This document shows, one piece after another, positions 25,015 to 36,170 of a DNA stretch of 64,000 nucleotides. The notes under the pieces are model-generated. The model did not search any database and had not been told where the DNA came from. It saw only the letters and a list, made by a program, of their open reading frames with translations. A program made the position numbers and the translations under genes. This DNA comes from Malacoraja senta. Lineage: Eukaryota. Within the stretch, counting starts at the first letter, position 1, and every line of letters starts with the position of its first letter. Where the stretch lies: contig JAXLNO010000174.1 in the NCBI GenBank assembly GCA_038087875.1, positions 62,001 to 126,000 on the forward strand, read 5' to 3'.

Positions 25015-26400
25015 ATGAAAGACTACCAGCAATCTGAAAAAAACAGAGATCTCAACGAATATCGTCCGGTTGCCCTCACACCAATAGTAATGAAGTGCTT
25101 TGACAGGTTGATCCTCTCAGCCATCAGCCTCACTGGACACAGCAGTTTACTCACGGAGCTAACAGATCTATATGGGACGCCATCTCTCTGGTTCCTCATA
25201 CTTTCCTGACTCACCTGCAGCAACATGGCACATACGTGGGGATGCTATTTGTAGACTAAAATTCAGCTTTCAATAATGTCAACCCCACTAAGCTCACTTT
25301 CATGCTCCACCAGCTTGGCCTCAGATCGTGACTTTGCAACTGGGTCCTCAATTTCCAGTTGGAGCGTATCTGGCGGCGAGGCTGGGCTTCCACCAGTCCT
25401 CCACTGTTAGTCTGAGTATTGGAACACCACAAGTCTGTGTACTGAGCCCCATATTCTACTCCCTCATCACACACGACTGTTTTCCTGCATTCGCCACTAA
25501 CGCCATCGTTAAATTTGCGGATGACACAACGGTGATTAGGCTTATCTTCAATGGCGATGAATCAGCCTTCAGAGCGGAGGTGTAGAACCTGGCGAGCAGG
25601 TGCTCAGAGAACAACCTGTCCATAAATAAAGCTAAGACCAAGGAGCTGATCTTCAACTTTAGAAGGTCACAGGATGATGAGTACGATCCAGTCTTCATTA
25701 ACGGGGACAAAGTGGAGAGAGTATCCAGCTTCAGGTTTCTGGGCCCACACATTTCAGGGGACCTCACGTGGTCCAGTAACACCACTGCACTGCTTAAGAC
25801 AGCACAGCAACGGCTGTTTTTCACGAGGATGCTGAAAAAAGCTGCTCTGGACCAACAGATGCTGCTGACTTTCTATAGCTGCACCACAGAAAGCATCCTA
25901 ACATATTGCATCGCTATGTGATATCTTAGTTGCAAGGCAGCGGATAGGAGAGCTCTTCAGCGTGTCGTCTCCGAAGCACAGAAGATCATTGGGATGCAGC
26001 TCCCATCCCTGGAACACATCTACAAAGGACGCTGCCTCAGAAAGCCATCAACATCTGTAAGGAATCAACCCACACATGCCACCGTCTGTTTGAACGTCTT
26101 GCATTTGGCAGACGTTTTAGGCGTTTTACGCCCGCACCTCCAGACTGAGATTTTTTTTCCCCCTAGAGCTACAACTGCACTGAATCGGTCTGCTAAGCGT
26201 CCCCATAATCTGTCATTGCCTCCATAATCAACTGGCACAACTGACTTATCTCAACAGAGTGGCTGCTGCTGTAATTTTTAACCTCAGTGTACATGGACAT
26301 ATTTGTATATTTACCTGATGTATATATTTTATAGCATCGATATGGAGGTTGCAATCTTAATCTCGTTGTTCATGTACAATGATAATAAATATATATTATT
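25015..26400 (+). mobile_element. Rex1/Babar RT fragment ending in an (ATT)n tail
   Basis: LNEYRPVALTPIVMKCFDRL; GTPQVCVLSP; IVKFADDTTVI; ERVSSFRFLG. Confidence 0.88.
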
Positions 26401-26517
26401 ATTATTAGTATTATTATTCTTATTATAATTATTATTATTATTGCTATGATGATGATGATGATGATGATTATTATTATTATCATTATTACTATTATTTTGA
26501 TTATTATTATGATGATG

Positions 26518-26559
<42 letters not shown>

Positions 26560-26572
26560 TTTGATTACTATT
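26393..26572. repeat. (ATT)n/(GAT)n compound microsatellite
   Basis: Read directly from the sequence. Confidence 0.95.
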
Positions 26573-26789
26573 GAGCCTTCCGCTGTGCACAGATACAGGA
26601 TAACGTGAGTGACGTTTAGTGAAGATAAAGTCCCGTAAATTGCAATTAACGATAATCCTCAGTTCTCCAATGGGGTAGATGGGAAGTCATTGCATCTCTC
26701 TTGTTCGTGAGCGGATGGTTCAGTTGCCTGATAACAGCGGGGAAGATACTGACCCTGAATTTGGCGATGTGACTTTTCAAGCTTCTTCA

Positions 26790-26960
26790 TACACACATTG
26801 CTGGAGTAACTCAGCAGGTCAGGCAGCATCACTGATGAAAATGAATAGGTGTTATTTCGGGTTGCGACCCTTCTTCAGACTCGACCCGAAACGTCACCTA
26901 CCGTTTTCTCCATAGATGCTGCCTGATAAGTTTAATTACTCAAACACAATGTGTCAATCT
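26790..26960. mobile_element. Inverted pair of Penelope terminal-repeat fragments
   Basis: TGCTGGAGTAACTCAGC..AGGCAGCATC..TTTCGGGTTGCGACCCTTCTTCAGAC is directly followed by TCGACCCGAAACGTCACC..GATGCTGCCTGA. Confidence 0.75.
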
Positions 26961-27402
26961 TCGGTGTAAATCAAACTACACCAATTTTAGTTTGGTGTAG
27001 ATTACTTTAAGATTCAGTTGAAGTGTAATTCAGTTTAGATTAATTCTTGCCACGTGCACCGAGATACACTGAAACGCTTTTGGTGCGTGGTAAACAGTCA
27101 GCAGAACGACGATACATGTTTACAATCAAGGTTCAGTACACGTGACAATGAACTAAATTAAACTAAATGGACGTATCTTAATATCTTCAGCACGAAGAGG
27201 TAATTAGTCAGGTATCTAGAGGGTGAAGTGTGGTTGAAACATATTATTTTGTGAGTTTAAGACGGTCTTGATGTCAACATGTCAACGGTTGGGTGTGAGC
27301 CTGAATTTTCATGACTTTAACAATAACATTGTTATTCAGACTCTGCTACATATTTTAAATCTTTCTTCTCGATTTCTTTGATGTTACAGATATTGATTCT
27401 TT

Positions 27403-28060
27403 CCCAGGAGCCGATGGTGTGGGAGGAGCAGCGTCCGGGCCGTGAGTATAATCCTCGACCGCGGGGCTTGTTTTACAGAGGCCCATGAACCGTTAGTGCG
27501 GGAGGAGCGGCGTCCAGGCTGTGAGTATAATCCTCGATCGCGAGGCTTGTTTTACAGAGGCCCAGGAACCGTTGGTGTGGGAGGAGCGGCGTCCGGGCTG
27601 TGAGTATAATCCTCGACCGCGGGGCTTGTTTTACAGCGGCCCAGTAACCGTTGGTGTGGGAGGTGCGGCGTCCGGGCTGTGAGTATAATCCTCGACCGCG
27701 AGGCTTGTTTTACAGAGGCCCAGGAAACGTTGGTGTGGGAGGAGCGGCGTCCGGGCTGGGAGTATAATCCTCGACCGCGGGGCTTGTTTCCACAGAGGCC
27801 CATGTACCGTTGGTGTGGGAGGAGCGGCGTCCGGGCAGTGAGTATAATCCTCGATCGCGGGGCTTGATTTACAGAGGCCCAGGAACCTTTGGTGTGGGAC
27901 GACCGGTGTCCGGGCTGTGAGTATATTCCTCGACCGCGGGGCTTGTTTTACAGAGGTCCAGGAAGCGTTGGTGTGCGAGGAGCCGCGTTCGGGCTGCGAG
28001 CATAATCCTCGACGGCAGGGTTTGTTTTACAGAGGCCCAGGAACCGTTGGTGTGGGAGGA
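27403..28060 (+). repeat. 79-bp tandem repeat (~8.3 copies) forming the 5' leader of a CR1 element
   Basis: A GAGTATAATCCTCGA-type motif recurs at 27444, 27523, 27602, 27681, 27760, 27840, 27919 and 27998, and the array runs straight into a CR1 5' UTR. Confidence 0.92.
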
Positions 28061-29419
28061 ACCCACATCCGTAACGTTCCAACGTTCCACAGTTCAAAAC
28101 AAGTGGGCTTGAGGAAGCCGCTGATTGGTGGAAGCGGACTAGAGGAAGCAGATGATTGGGTGTCAGATCCCTTCGGATTTATTCCAGCAGTTTGTATTGT
28201 ATTGTATTGCACTTTGAATTGTATCCAGGGTAATGGAGGAGTATGAGGGCCAGGGCAGTTTACTGTTCTGAATGTCAGATGTGGGAGTTATGGAGTCTGA
28301 TAGCCCTCCAGACGTCCACATCTGCGCCAGGTGCGTCGAAATGGGGCTCCTAAGGGACCGTGTCAGGAACCTGGAGCAGCAGCTTGATGACCTCCGTCTG
28401 GTCAGGGAGAGTGAGGAGGTCATCGAGCTGCTGTGAGAGGAGAGTTGTATCTATGTCAGGTTGGAGGCCGGTGACTAGTGGGGTGCCTCAGGGGTCTGTG
28501 TTGGGTCCACTGTTGTTTGTCATGTACATCAATGATCTGGATGATGGTGTGGAAAATTGGATTAGTAAGTATGCATATGATACTAAGATAGGTGGTGTGG
28601 TGGATAATGAAGTAGATTTTCAAAGTCTACAGAGAGATTTAGGCCATTTGGAAGAGTTGGCTTAAAGATGGCAGATGGAGTTTAATGCTGATAAATGTGA
28701 GGTACTACATCTCGACAGGACAAAATCAAAATAGGACGTACATGGTAAACGGTAGAGAATTGAGGAATGCAGTTGAACAGAGGGATCTAGGAACAACTGT
28801 GCATAGATCCCTGAATGTGGAATCTCATGTAGATAGGGTGGTAAAAAAGCTTTTGGAGTGCTGGCCTTTATAAATCAGAGCATTGAATATAGAAGTTGGG
28901 ATGTAATGTTAAAACTGTACAAGGCATTGGTGCGGCCAATTCTGGAGTATGGAGTACAATTTTGGTCGCCTAATTATAGGAAGCATGTCAACAAAATAGA
29001 GAGAGTACAGAGGAGATTTACTAGAATGTTGCCTGGGTTTCAGCAACTAAGATACAGAGAAAGGTTGAACAAGTTAGGTCTTTATTCTTTGGAGGGCAGA
29101 AGGTTAAGAGGGGACTTGATAGAGGTCTTTAAAATTATGAGCGGGTTAGACAGAGTTGACGTGGATACGCTTTTTTCCATTGAGAGTAGGGAAGATTAAA
29201 ACAAGGGGACATGACTTGAGAATTAAGGGACAGAAGTTTAGGGGTAACATTAGGGGGAACTTCTTTACTCAGAGAGTGGTGGCTATGTGGAATGAGCTTC
29301 CAGTGGAAGTGGTGGAGGCTGGTTCGATTGTATCCTTTAAAAATAGATTGGATGTGTATATGGACGGGAAAGGAATGGAGGGTTATGGTCAAAGTGCAGG
29401 TAGATGGGACTAGGGGGAA

Positions 29420-29467
<48 letters not shown>

Positions 29468-29547
29468 GTTTTATTGTTCGGCACGGACTTGAAGGGCCGA
29501 GATGGCCTGTTTCCGTGCTGTAATGGTTATATGGTTATATGGTTATA
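28061..29547 (+). mobile_element. CR1 with a large internal deletion (5' UTR and ORF1 zinc-finger start fused at ~28430 to the RT C-terminal half)
   Basis: AVYCSECQMWE..CARCVEMGLLRDRVRNLEQQLDDL, then [21 protein letters not shown]; (ATATGGTT)n tail; an (ATT)n run inside the 3' UTR. Confidence 0.88.
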
Positions 29548-30027
29548 TTTATTTAGCGAATGCAAAGTCCTTTAGCCAAGCAGTTGCCTCTTGATCTGCT
29601 GTATGATGGGTGACAAGTCCTCCTTTACGTCTTTTTTTTAGGGCATGAGAGTTGGGTCAGCCAGGTTAGAGCTCGGGGGCCCAGGTGTTTCATGAACTCT
29701 GGAGAGATGTTATCATAACCTGCTGCCTTTCCACATTTCAGGCCCTGCAGGACATTCTCCACTTCAGCCACCTCGAAGGGCTCAGGGGTTCTTTCCCTTC
29801 CAGGTGTTTGTCGAAGTGTTAGTATTCGGAGAGCAGGTCCAACTGCTAGGTGCTCTTGAGGCTGGTCGTTGCTGCTCCTTTCGGCTTTGGGATAATGACT
29901 AGAATTCTTTGACTTGGCGCTCAGGCGTCGTCTTGTAGAATTTAGTTTGCTGGAAGGATCATTGGCTTCCCCAGGCGAGCCTGGGTACTGACGGGGGGCG
30001 CGACGAGAACGCTGATACATATTCCCC
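29548..30027 (-). mobile_element. Miniature, internally deleted Vingi/Ingi-like non-LTR element
   Basis: Minus strand: structured 5' end, GPALRIL (APE start), PFEVAEVENVLQGLKCGKAAGYDNISPEFMKHLGPRALTWL (pre-RT), C-terminal HTADQEATAWLKDFAFAK* and a TAAA tail. The clade assignment is from remembered motifs. Confidence 0.65.
29956..30027 (-). ncRNA. HDV-like self-cleaving ribozyme motif (P1 partly decayed)
   Basis: GGGGAAU-AUG-UAUCA(P2)-GCG(P3)-UUCUCGU(L3)-CGC-GCCCCCC(P1')-GU-CAGUA-CCCAGG CUCG CCUGGG(P4)-GAA-GCCAA(J4/2)-UGAUCC(P2'). Confidence 0.7.
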
Positions 30028-30037
30028 AGAGAGAAGA

Positions 30038-30553
30038 GAGGGGGGACCAATATCCTGGCGGGGAGATTTGCAAAGGCTACTGGGGAGACTTTAAACTAGA
30101 CGGTTGGGCGGAGGGTCTCAAATAGAGAAAGCTAGTAGACAGTGTGTGAGGTAGGAGTCAGAGAAGGGAAGCACGCAGACACACCATGTAGGGGGGAAAG
30201 AAGACAAAGTTAATAAACAGAGAATAAGAGGTGGTGGGTTTCTTAAATGTGTGAGCAGAGAGGCAGAGGGGTGTAAAACGAGGGTAGAATCAATAGGTTA
30301 CAAGGTGAAAAGTAAAAGTGGTAGGCAGACAAATCCAGGACAAAAATCAAAAAGGGCCATTTTTCAACATAATTGTATAAGGAGTAAGAGTGTTGTAAAG
30401 ACAACCCCGAAGGTTTTAGTCTCAATGCAAGGAGCATTCGGAATAAGGTGGATGAGTTGAATGTGCAGATAGCTATTAATGACTATGATATAGTTGGGAT
30501 CACGGAGACATGGCTCCAGGGTGATCAAGGCTGGGAGCTGAACATCCAGGGAT
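30038..30553 (+). mobile_element. CR1 fragment (ORF1 end to APE start)
   Basis: GTNILAGRFAKATGETLN*, then the inter-ORF region and an NARSIRNKVDEL-like APE start. Confidence 0.85.
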
Positions 30554-30554
30554 T

Positions 30555-31222
30555 GAAACATAGAAACATAGAAAATAGGTGCAGGAGTAGGCCATTCGGC
30601 CTGCACCGCCATTCAATATGATCATGGCTGATCATCCAACTCAGTATCCTGTACCTGCCTTCTCTCCATACCCTCTGACCCCTTTAGCCACAAGGGCCAC
30701 ATCTAACTCCCTCTTAAATATAGCCAATGACCTGGCCTCAACTACCTTATGTGGCAGAGAGTTTCAGAGATTAACCACTCTCTGTGTGAAAATGTTTTTC
30801 TCAACTCGGTCCTAAAGGATTTCCCCTTGATCCTTAAACTGTGACCCCTTGTCCTGGACTTCCCCAACATCGGGATCAATCTTCCTGCATCTAGTCTGTT
30901 GTAAGTTTCTATAAATTCCCTTCAATCTTCTAAATTCTAGCGAGTCCAAGCCAAGTCTATCCAGACTTTCTTCATATTAAAGTCCTGATATCCCAGGAAT
31001 CAGTCTGGAGAACCTTCTCTGTACTCCCTCTATGGCAAGAATGTATTTCCTCAGATTTGGAGACCAAAACTGTATGCAATACTCCAGGTGTGGTCTCACC
31101 AATACCCTGTACAATTGCAGTAGAACGTCCCTGCTCCTATACTCAAATCCTTTTGCTATGAATGGTAACATACCATTCGCTTACTTCACTGTCTGTTGCA
31201 CCTGCATGCCTACTTTCAATGA
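30555..31222 (-). mobile_element. CR1 3' fragment
   Basis: Tail (GAAACATA)n; AKGFEYRSRDVLLQLYRVLVRPHLEYC. Confidence 0.9.
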
Positions 31223-31469
31223 TGGGAGGGCTGGTCCCCCAAATAAATATTCCACCTCTCCACCAATTCCAATATTGGTGGCCAGTGGGGGGGGGGGGCT
31301 TTCTGGAGCGCTAGTATTGGTATTGTGGGCTGAAAGGACTGGATACCAGAGGACTAGTATGGACATTGTGGGCCAAATGGATTCTTGGGGTGGCAGCTCA
31401 GTCACTCAAGCGTGATGTGCTGGCAGCTCATTCGCGGCTTTTGGGCGAGCATTTGACTCACGGCTATTA

Positions 31470-31928
31470 CTTGAAATTCCATTTCAAGCAGGGTGCAAGG
31501 CCATCAAATTCAAATGCAGTTTCGTACCACTTCAAGCTGGATGTAAGGTCACCGAATTCAAGTGCAGTTTCCTACCACGTCAAGCAGGGTGCAAAGTTAC
31601 CGAATTCAAGTGCAGTTTCCGACCACTGCAAGCAGGTTGCAAGGCCAGCGAATTCAAGTGCAGTTTCATACCACTTCAAGCCGGGTGCAGTGCCACCAAA
31701 CTCAAGTGCAGTTTCCTACCTCTTCAAGCAGGGTGCAGGGCCTACAAACGCAAGTGCAGTTTCACACCACTTCATGCAGGGTGCAAGACAACCAAATTGA
31801 AGTGCAATTGCATACCATTTCAAGCACGGTGCAAGGCCGCCAAATTCAAGTGCAGTTTCATACCATTTCATGCAGGCTGCAAGGCTACCAAATTCAAATG
31901 CAGTTTTATACCATTTCAAGCAGGGTGA
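31470..31928. repeat. 48-bp tandem repeat (~10 copies) within an unclassified interspersed element (~31223-32311)
   Basis: A CAAGCAGGGTGCAAGG-type motif recurs every 48 nt from 31485 to 31917. Confidence 0.9.
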
Positions 31929-32316
31929 ACCCACCATAAAACCACCATAAAACCACCATAAAACCACACTCCACATAAACACCACATTCACAGTTCAGTA
32001 GACATTCAATGTGTTCAGTTGACACAGCTCAGACAGAGTCGTGACATCTCCCTCCCCATCTTGCAGAGACCGAGCCACTCCCGCACTTCCGGGTTTTATA
32101 ATCCCCCCCCTCCCAACGGAGGCCTTCATGGCGTGATTGACAGGAGAGAGATTCTAAACATTTTTAAAACACTATTAATACTTTTATTTTTCATTAATGG
32201 GAAGAATCCTCTGCACCTGATGAGCGGAGGGGGACTGATTAAGATGGGCAAAAATCACAGCAGTAAGTGGTAGCATTTTTTTCTAAAATCAATATAGTGC
32301 AAACAGGAAGTTGTCA

Positions 32317-32580
32317 AGTTACCACCACCAACAACCATTTGGAGTGCAGCATTTCAAAGCAGTGACCACCACCAACAACCATTTGCAGTGCAGCATTTCA
32401 AAGCAGTTCCCACTACCAACAACCATTTGCAGTACAGCATTGCAAAGCAGTTACCAGCACCAACGCCCATTTGCAGTGCAGCATTTCAAAGCAGTTACCA
32501 CCACCAACGACCATTTGCAGTGCAGCACTTCAAAGCAGTTACCAGCACCAACGACCATTTGCAGTGCAGCATTTCAAAGC
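32317..32580. repeat. 44-bp tandem repeat (6 copies)
   Basis: CCATTTG at 32335, 32379, 32423, 32467, 32511 and 32555. Confidence 0.92.
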
Positions 32581-32619
32581 AAAGAATGGCGATTCTGTCT
32601 CGAAAGGCAGAATGACCTC

Positions 32620-32842
32620 CTGCACCTTTTATTTATGTCTATGTATGTGTCATTTATTTTTATTTCCATATCTTTAATTCATTTGCTCTATATCTCTCTA
32701 TATCACCCTCTGTATCTCTCGTTTCCCTTTCCCCAGACTATCAGTCTGAAGTACGGTCTCGCCCCGAAATGTCACCCACGCCTTCTCTCCAGAGATGCTG
32801 CATGTTCCGCTGAGTTACTCCAGCATTTTGTGTCTATCTTTG
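32620..32842 (+). mobile_element. Penelope terminal-repeat fragment
   Basis: CAGTCTGAAGTACGGTCTCGCCCCGAAATGTCACCC..CCAGAGATGCTGC..GCTGAGTTACTCCAGCATTTTGTGTC. Confidence 0.75.
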
Positions 32843-34525
32843 GTTTGTGTGATGGTCTGGACTGTGTCAACAATTTTCTGCACTTTGTTGAGATTTTGAA
32901 TGGAGATTTTCACAAGCCAAGCCGTGATTCATCCTGCTAAAATATTTTCTATGATGCACCTGTAGAAGTTGGTCATGCCAAACCTCTTTGCCTTCTAAGG
33001 ACGTAGAGGCATTAGTGTGCTTTATTTATCATTGCTTCAGAATGGGTGGTCCAGTAGAATTTGTTAGTGATATTGACTCAGAGGAATTTGATGTTTTATA
33101 CCATCTCTCCTTTGGCACCGTCAATTTAAACGGGGGTAGGTTTACAGATTAGCTTCCTGAAGTCGAATACTGTCTTCTTTGTCTAGCTGACAATGAATGA
33201 AAGGTTGTTGTCTCAACAACAGGACATGTGGTTCTCAATCTCCTTCCTGTACTCTGTCACATATTTTCTGATATCCATCCCACATTAGTGACATAATCTG
33301 CGAATTTGAAAATGTAATTCAATTTGTAGATGGCTGCACAGTCGTGGGCGTACAATGAACAAGGAAGGGTGTTGTGAACGCATCCTCGCGGAGCACCCGT
33401 GTTGACGATTATCGTGGAGGATGATTTGTTCCCTTTACAAACTGATTGGGATCTGTTGGTACGATGTCGGTGATCCAGTTGGCACAAAGTCCCATGATTT
33501 TGGAATACGCTTGGATAATACAATGGTATTAAAGTATGAGATGTAATCTATAAATAGGAGTCTGGGATAGATGTCTCTCTTATCCAGGTTGGCCAGTTGT
33601 GAACGTAAGGCGGGGGCGATGGCATCGTCCGTGGATCTGTTATGATGGTAGGCGAACTGCATTGGTTGAAGGCAGTTGGGTACACTGGATGCGTTCCATA
33701 ACTAACCTCTCGAAACATTTCATGATGGTAGATGGCAAAGCCACTGGACGGTAGTCGTTTACGCATGAGGTCTTGCTTTTCTTTGGCACAAATATGATGG
33801 TTCTCCTCCCGAAGCTGTTGAGTACCTCCGAACGGAGTACTTACTTACTTATTCACTGCCTATTATACCTCCTGGTCCTCCACTCCTGTCTGTTCTGGGC
33901 TAACTTCTGGACACTACCCCAGGTCATGTCCAGAGTTTTCATTTCCTCCTCTACATTTGGACCCCAGGTGATTTTGGTTCTCTCTCTTTTAATTTTACCT
34001 GCCGGTTTTCCGCGCAGGACTATTTTGGGGATGCTGTTTGCATCTCTTCGGCTTTCACCATTGATATCCATCCTAGCATCTGTCGATAGCCCTGCATGCC
34101 CACCACGCCCAGTAGTGTTGATTCCTTCAGTTGCTGTTTCCGTAACATACTTCTTTTACGAGACAGGGTTGTTAGTCTCAACCTTCAACCTGGAGGACCA
34201 GGTTGAAGGTTGAAGGACCAGGCGAGGCTGTTCGCCTCGCCTCTACCCTTCGATCTGTCCAGCACGGGAGACCCTAACAGGAGACGAATCTCCCGCTGGC
34301 ATAGCTCTAGGGGGTCACTGAGACACACAAGCTTCCCGACAATCACAAGGTTGCAATCCAACGGGTAGCAGAACGGAGTAGGAGTAGATCAAAGATGCCC
34401 GCAAAAATTACCGCCAACTGGTCTGCGCATCTACTATGGACACTACAAGTAACTCGGTCAGGGCCAGTTACATTTTTGTGAGTTTACTCTCAAGAAGTCC
34501 GATCTAACTTCTGCTGCGGTCACCC
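32843..34525 (-). mobile_element. Old Rex1/Babar RT fragment interrupted by an RTE insert
   Basis: [45 protein letters not shown]. Confidence 0.8.
33840..34370 (-). mobile_element. Short, internally deleted RTE-clade element with a 10-bp TSD
   Basis: RTE-type 5' UTR (CAACCTTGTGATTGTCGGGAAGCTTGTGTGTCTCAG..AGAGCTATGCC); C-terminus IPKIVLRGKPAGKIKRERTKITW..LAQNRQEWR; (TAAG)n tail; TSD GAACGGAGTA at 33830-33839 and 34371-34380. Confidence 0.8.
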
Positions 34526-34748
34526 TGATGACATAAGGAGAGGGTAAGAGAGATGGGATGGGAGGCGAGGGGAGGACGAATGATTGGGCGATGGCAGAGG
34601 AGGGGAGGGACGGGGAGAGGAGTAGAGGAAAAGAGAGGTCAAACTCGATGGTCAAAGACCGATCATTCGGAAAGCCTCGCCGAAGACTTCAAATTCATGT
34701 AATGTCTGCGAATGGGGAGGGGGAGAGCGAGATAGTGAGATATGTTAA

Positions 34749-36170
34749 GCATAGAAACATAGAAAATAGGTGCAGGAGTAGGCCATCGACGCTTCGAGCC
34801 TGCACCGCCATTCAATATGATCATGGCTGATCATCCAACTCAGTATCCCGTACCTGCCTTCTCTCCATACCCCCTGATCCCTTTAGCCACAATGGCCAAA
34901 TCTAACTCCCTCTTAAATATAGCCAATGCACTGGCCTCAACTACCTTATGTGGCAGAGAGTTCCAGAGATTCACCACTCTCTGTGTGAAAAAAGTTGTTC
35001 TCATCTCGGTCCTAAAGGATTTCCACTCTATCCTTAAGCTGTGAGACCTTGTCCTGGACTTCCCCAACATTGGGAACAATCTTCCTGCATCTAACCTGTC
35101 CAACCCCTTGAGAATTTTGTAAGTTTCTTTAAGATCCCCCCTCAATCTCCTAAATTATAGCGAGTTCAAGTCGAGTCTATCCAGTCTTTCTTCATATGAA
35201 AGTCCTGACATCCCGGGAATCAGTCTGGTGAACCTTCTCTGCACTCCCTCTATGGCAATAATGTCCTTCCTCAGATTTGGTGACCAAAACTGTACGCAAT
35301 ACTCCAGTTGTGGTCTCACCAAGACCCTGTACAACTGCAGTAGGACCTCCCTGCTCCTATACTCAAATCCTTTTGCTATGAATGCTAACATATCATTCGC
35401 TTTCTTCACTGCATGCTGCACCTGCATTCCTACTTTCAATGACTGGTGTACCATGACACCCATGTCTCGTTACATCTCCCCTTTTCCTAATCGGCCACCA
35501 TTTTGATACTAGTTTGCTTTCCTGTTTTTGCCACCAAAGTGGATAACCTCACATTTATCCACATTAAACTGCATCTGACATGCATTTGCCCAATCACCCA
35601 GCCTATCCAAGTCACCTTGCAGCCTCCTAGCATCCTCCTCAGAGCTAACACTGCCCCCAGCTTAGTGTCATCCGCAAAGTTGGAGATGTTGCATTCAATT
35701 CCCTCGTCCAAATCATTAATATATATTGTAAATATCTGGCGTCCCAGCACTGAGCCTTGCGGTACCCCACGAGTCTCTGCCTGCCATTCTGAAAAGGACC
35801 CGTTTACTCCTACTCTTTGCATCATGTTTGCCAGCCAGTTCTCTATCCACATCAATACTGAACCCCCAATACGGTGTGCTTTAAGTTTGTATACTAATCT
35901 CTTATGTGTGACCTTGTCGAAAGCCTTCTGAAAGTCCAGATATAACACATCCGCGGGTTCTCCCCTATCCACTCTACTAGTTACATCCTCGAATAATTCT
36001 ATAAGATTCGTCAGACATGATTTACCTTGCGTAAATCCATGCTGACTTTGTCGAATGATTTCACTACTTTTCAAATGTGCTGCTATCCCATCTTTAATAA
36101 CTGACTCTAGCAGTTTCCCCATTACCGATGTTAGACTAACTGGTCTGTAATTTCCCGTTTTCTCTCTCCC
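34749..36170 (-). mobile_element. CR1 LINE, 5'-truncated
   Basis: RT ORFs at 35487-36227, 35155-35463 and 34840-35145; 3' tail at ~34750. Confidence 0.92.

Noticed and set aside
27403..28060. CRISPR-like array, or bacterial -10 boxes (TATAAT), in the 79-bp repeat
   Set aside because: The whole unit repeats with no unique spacers, there are no cas genes, and the context is eukaryotic TE sequence.
31366..32940. Repetitive-protein ORFs of 125-209 aa
   Set aside because: They are translations of the 48-bp and 44-bp minisatellites, open in several frames, with no gene structure.
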